A stretch of DNA of 64,000 nucleotides from Polyangiales bacterium. Lineage in GTDB: Bacteria > Myxococcota_A > Polyangia > Polyangiales > Polyangiaceae. Every line of letters begins with the position of its first letter. The first letter of the stretch is position 1. Positions 61,050 through 64,000 of this stretch are shown piece by piece. The stretch is from NCBI GenBank assembly GCA_038231275.1, contig JBBRLQ010000018.1, forward strand, positions 64,001 through 128,000, written 5' to 3'. Below the pieces are notes generated by a model that had not been told where the DNA came from, did no database searches, and saw only the letters and a list, made by a program, of their open reading frames with translations. Position numbers and translations under genes: made by a program.

Positions 61050-61739
61050 CTAGAACCGCGAACGGACACCCAGCGTCGTAGGGCGCTCGCCGCCGCCGAT
61101 CTCGATCGCCATCTCGGGGTTGAAGCCGCGCACCTCGTCCTCGTACGCCTTGGCGCGTGCTTGCCCGAACGAGTCGAGCACGAAGAACGTGAGCGCCTCG
61201 GCCGCGACGCCGATGCCGACACCTTTCCAAGTGTCCTGGTTCTTCACGAACCCGTACGTCGCGACACCGGCCCCGCCCGCCGCGAGGGCGAGCTCGCTCA
61301 GGCGGTAGGCGACGAACCGCGAGGTGGTGCCGTGGATGTGCGCGAGCTCCTCGCGCTTGAACGCCGTCGGATCTTTTGCGAGCGCGGCGGAGTAGTGATC
61401 GATCTCCGCGTTCACCTGAAAGGCGTAGAACGCCGCGCCCGCCGCCTCGAGCACGCCCACCGTCAGGAGGGACCAGCCGAGGCCGCGCGAAAAGTCTCCG
61501 TCGCGTGGCGCCGTCGCCGCGAGCACACCGCCGGCCGCCGCCGAGCCCGCGCCCACGCCGATGAAGAGGAACGCCGTCGATCGCTCCGACGCGTAGTACC
61601 CGCGCATGCCGTCGGCGATTGGCGCGGGCATCGCGGCGGGCGCAGGCGCGAGGTCGTCCGCCGCGGCAGGGACCGAGGTCGCGACGAGCGCGGCGCCCAG
61701 GGCGGCGGCGAGGCATGTGTGGATACGGCGCGCGGCCAT
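61050..61739 (-). CDS. Hypothetical membrane protein
   Basis: Signal peptide and several Gly/Ala-rich hydrophobic helices. Confidence 0.7.
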   Translation of the reverse strand: MAARRIHTCLAAALGAALVATSVPAAADDLAPAPAAMPAPIADGMRGYYASERSTAFLFIGVGAGSAAAGGVLAATAPRDGDFSRGLGWSLLTVGVLEAAGAAFYAFQVNAEIDHYSAALAKDPTAFKREELAHIHGTTSRFVAYRLSELALAAGGAGVATYGFVKNQDTWKGVGIGVAAEALTFFVLDSFGQARAKAYEDEVRGFNPEMAIEIGGGERPTTLGVRSRF

Positions 61740-61876
61740 GAGCTTCCCCCAGCAATTCCTCTCGACATACGAACTCGTATGTGGCGAATGCTCTGACACA
61801 TACGGCCCCTTATCGCAAACGCTTCCCCGACTTCGGCCCACTTGGCGTCCTCCTCGCGGCGTGGGATACCCCAGGC

Positions 61877-62461
61877 ATGTCCGCGATTCGCATGCGCTTC
61901 GTCGTCGCGACCCTCGGCCTCATCGCCGGGGTCGGGGTGTCGTTCGTGTGCGCGGCAGCGGCGGACGCGCCGGCCCTCGCCGCCGATCCGCCGCGCCCGC
62001 TGGCCGACGCAGGCGCCCCCGACGCGACGGTCAAACCCCCAATCTCGCGCATCCCGCCCGATCCCGCGCCGATGCACGAGCGCTCGCATTGGATCTTCGA
62101 CCTTCGGTGGGCCAAGGGCGAGGTCTATCTTGTAGGCGTGCACAAGCTCGAGCAGACGACGCCGCAAGAGACGCCGCGCGCGATGGGTCGCTTCGCGCTC
62201 GAGCTCCTCGAGGGGCCGACGTTGATCGAGCGCGTCCGCTTCGATTTCCCCCTCCTCGGCGACGAGCCGAAGGACGGAGGAACTCGTCCGGTGCCCTTCT
62301 TCGGAAAGAACCTGGTGACGCGCATCGGCGTCATGTTCCCGGCGACGTCGCGCGGGACGAAGCTCGAGCTCTGGGATCGCGCGTCTGACAAGCGATGGGA
62401 GCTGCCGTGGCCGCCTTCGGAGGGAAACGACGCGTCGGCGCCGACGGGGCCTCGTCAATGA
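61877..62461 (+). CDS. Hypothetical secreted protein
   Basis: Signal peptide, DAG linker and a beta-rich domain. Confidence 0.72.
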   Translation: MSAIRMRFVVATLGLIAGVGVSFVCAAAADAPALAADPPRPLADAGAPDATVKPPISRIPPDPAPMHERSHWIFDLRWAKGEVYLVGVHKLEQTTPQETPRAMGRFALELLEGPTLIERVRFDFPLLGDEPKDGGTRPVPFFGKNLVTRIGVMFPATSRGTKLELWDRASDKRWELPWPPSEGNDASAPTGPRQ

Positions 62462-64000
62462 GAGGCGCGGTCGCGCTCGCCGTCGCGGCGCTCGGCGCGT
62501 TGCCGGTCGCGTGCTCGAAGAAGGACAGCGGCCCGGCCGGTCCGCACTATGTCGATCCGCCGGATCTGATCTCGTCGATCAAGGACGCGCCGTCGTGCGT
62601 CCTCGACTGCGCGTCAGGCACGCCGTGCGACGAGGCGCGGAAGCCGTGGACCTGCCCGGCGCTCGCCGACTACGCGAGCCTCCCCCACGATCCGTCATGC
62701 CCCGCCTACGACGGCACGCCGCCTCCTGCGACGACCGGCGCGTGCACCGCGACCGATCCAACCGGCGACGCGCTCGCCAAGACGAGCTTCGGCGGCACGC
62801 CCGTGATCTTGCCCGACGGTCGCCGCCTCACGCCCGCCGGCACCGAGTGGGTCTTCGACGAGGCCGACGTCGATGGCGGCTTCCCCGTGACGAGCGTCCT
62901 CGTTCCCGGCACGAAATGGCTCGTCGTGATCGACGCCGGCTACGGCACCCACGCGGTCCGCGCCGTCGACACGACCGTCCTGCGCGGCGGCGCGGCGAAG
63001 CCGGTCGCGTCGTACGTTCGGTACCCGATCCCCAAGGCGATCAACTACGGCGTCGCCGTCCACCCCACGACGAAGACGATCTACGTCGCCGGCGGAACCC
63101 CGGACTCGAAGGTCCTCGCGTTCGATCTCGACGCCGCGACCGGAAAGCTCACCGAGAACGCCGCGCGCGCCGTCACGCTTCCGAAGGACGTGGTCGGGCA
63201 AGGGCTCGACGTCTCGCCCGACGGCAAGACCCTCCTCGTCGGCGAGGGGAAGGACAGCCACGTCTACGTCTTCAGCCTCGACGACGCGTCGTACGGAAAG
63301 GCGCTCGGATCCATCGACGTCGGCGCCAGCGATGTCTTCGCGGTGCGCTTCGATCCAAGCGATAAGGCGGGAAATACCGCGTATGCGACGTGCTGGATCG
63401 GCGCCGTGGAGCTGAGCAAACCGAACGTCATGCGCCTCGCGCAGCTCGACGTCGGCGCGAAGAAGGCGCGCATCATCCCGGTCGGAAAGGCCCCCGAAGA
63501 GATCGCGTTCCTCGATGCGCGATGGGCCGTCGTCGCCAACTCGCTCTCCGACACGCTCTCGATCGTCGACCGGCCGGCGAGCAACGTCGCCGCCGAGGTG
63601 CCGGTCGCGATGGATCCCGCCGTCCCGCACGGCGCCGGGCCGAGCGCGCTCGCATGGGACGCGCCGCGCAAGCGCCTGTACGTCACGCTCGCGGACGTGA
63701 ACGGCGTCGCCGCGTACGACGTGGACCTCACCGGCGCGTCGCCGACGCTCACGCCCGCCGGAATCTTCGCGACCGCGTGGTGGCCCACCGGGGTCGCCGT
63801 CGATCCCGCGGATGGCGCGGTCTTCGTGACGAACGGCAAGGGCCATGGAACCGGCGCGGACAAAAAGCTCCGCGGCTTCACCGACGGCGAGGTCGCCGAT
63901 TTGATGAAGGGCAGCGTGCAAGCCGTCCCGTTCATGGATGCCACCGCGCTTGCGGCCGCGACGAAGGCGTTCAAGGCCGCGAGCACGCCCGCCGCCATCC
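62458..64000 (+). CDS. YVTN/YncE beta-propeller lipoprotein, possibly phosphoesterase-fused (runs off the right edge)
   Basis: Translated by hand: MRGAVALAVAALGALPVAC; ILPDGRRLTPAG, VSPDGKTLLV, VGKAP, VANSLSDTLS, LYVT, WPTGV and FVTNGKG. Confidence 0.85.
   Translation, partial: MRGAVALAVAALGALPVACSKKDSGPAGPHYVDPPDLISSIKDAPSCVLDCASGTPCDEARKPWTCPALADYASLPHDPSCPAYDGTPPPATTGACTATDPTGDALAKTSFGGTPVILPDGRRLTPAGTEWVFDEADVDGGFPVTSVLVPGTKWLVVIDAGYGTHAVRAVDTTVLRGGAAKPVASYVRYPIPKAINYGVAVHPTTKTIYVAGGTPDSKVLAFDLDAATGKLTENAARAVTLPKDVVGQGLDVSPDGKTLLVGEGKDSHVYVFSLDDASYGKALGSIDVGASDVFAVRFDPSDKAGNTAYATCWIGAVELSKPNVMRLAQLDVGAKKARIIPVGKAPEEIAFLDARWAVVANSLSDTLSIVDRPASNVAAEVPVAMDPAVPHGAGPSALAWDAPRKRLYVTLADVNGVAAYDVDLTGASPTLTPAGIFATAWWPTGVAVDPADGAVFVTNGKGHGTGADKKLRGFTDGEVADLMKGSVQAVPFMDATALAAATKAFKAASTPAAI

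Overview
High-GC (visually about 70%) chromosomal segment whose gene style points to a myxobacterium, probably Polyangiaceae/Labilithrix-like (eukaryote-like Ser/Thr kinases, TPR-PEGA protein, many DAG/DAA-linker lipoproteins, Myxococcus-type LexA box). About 55 real CDSs can be separated from many antisense shadow ORFs. They include two thioredoxins, GST, a PfkB kinase, a copper-monooxygenase-like lipoprotein plus pentaheme cytochrome, an ECF sigma factor, a maltose-type ABC system with a fused binding protein/permease, a sigma-54 two-component system facing a TolC-MdtABC-MAPEG operon, a phospholipase C-like enzyme, dnaJ, a SatP-like channel, a PilT-like ATPase, recA, sixA, a GH42-like lipoprotein, a PEP-utilising phosphotransferase and an RluA-type synthase. 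No rRNA, tRNA, CRISPR array, transposase or phage gene was seen. The most notable observations are: (1) an orphan protein whose C-terminus matches the T3SS needle (SctF/PrgI) pattern, behind a sigma-28-like promoter; (2) a Cys-rich ECF sigma factor and a thioredoxin driven by twin, mirror-image leaderless promoters, with no anti-sigma gene nearby; (3) a lipoprotein with MACPF/CDC-like pore-forming motifs; (4) a ~40-bp REP-like element found three times, always at a TGA stop codon. All calls come from reading motifs by eye; no database searches were run.
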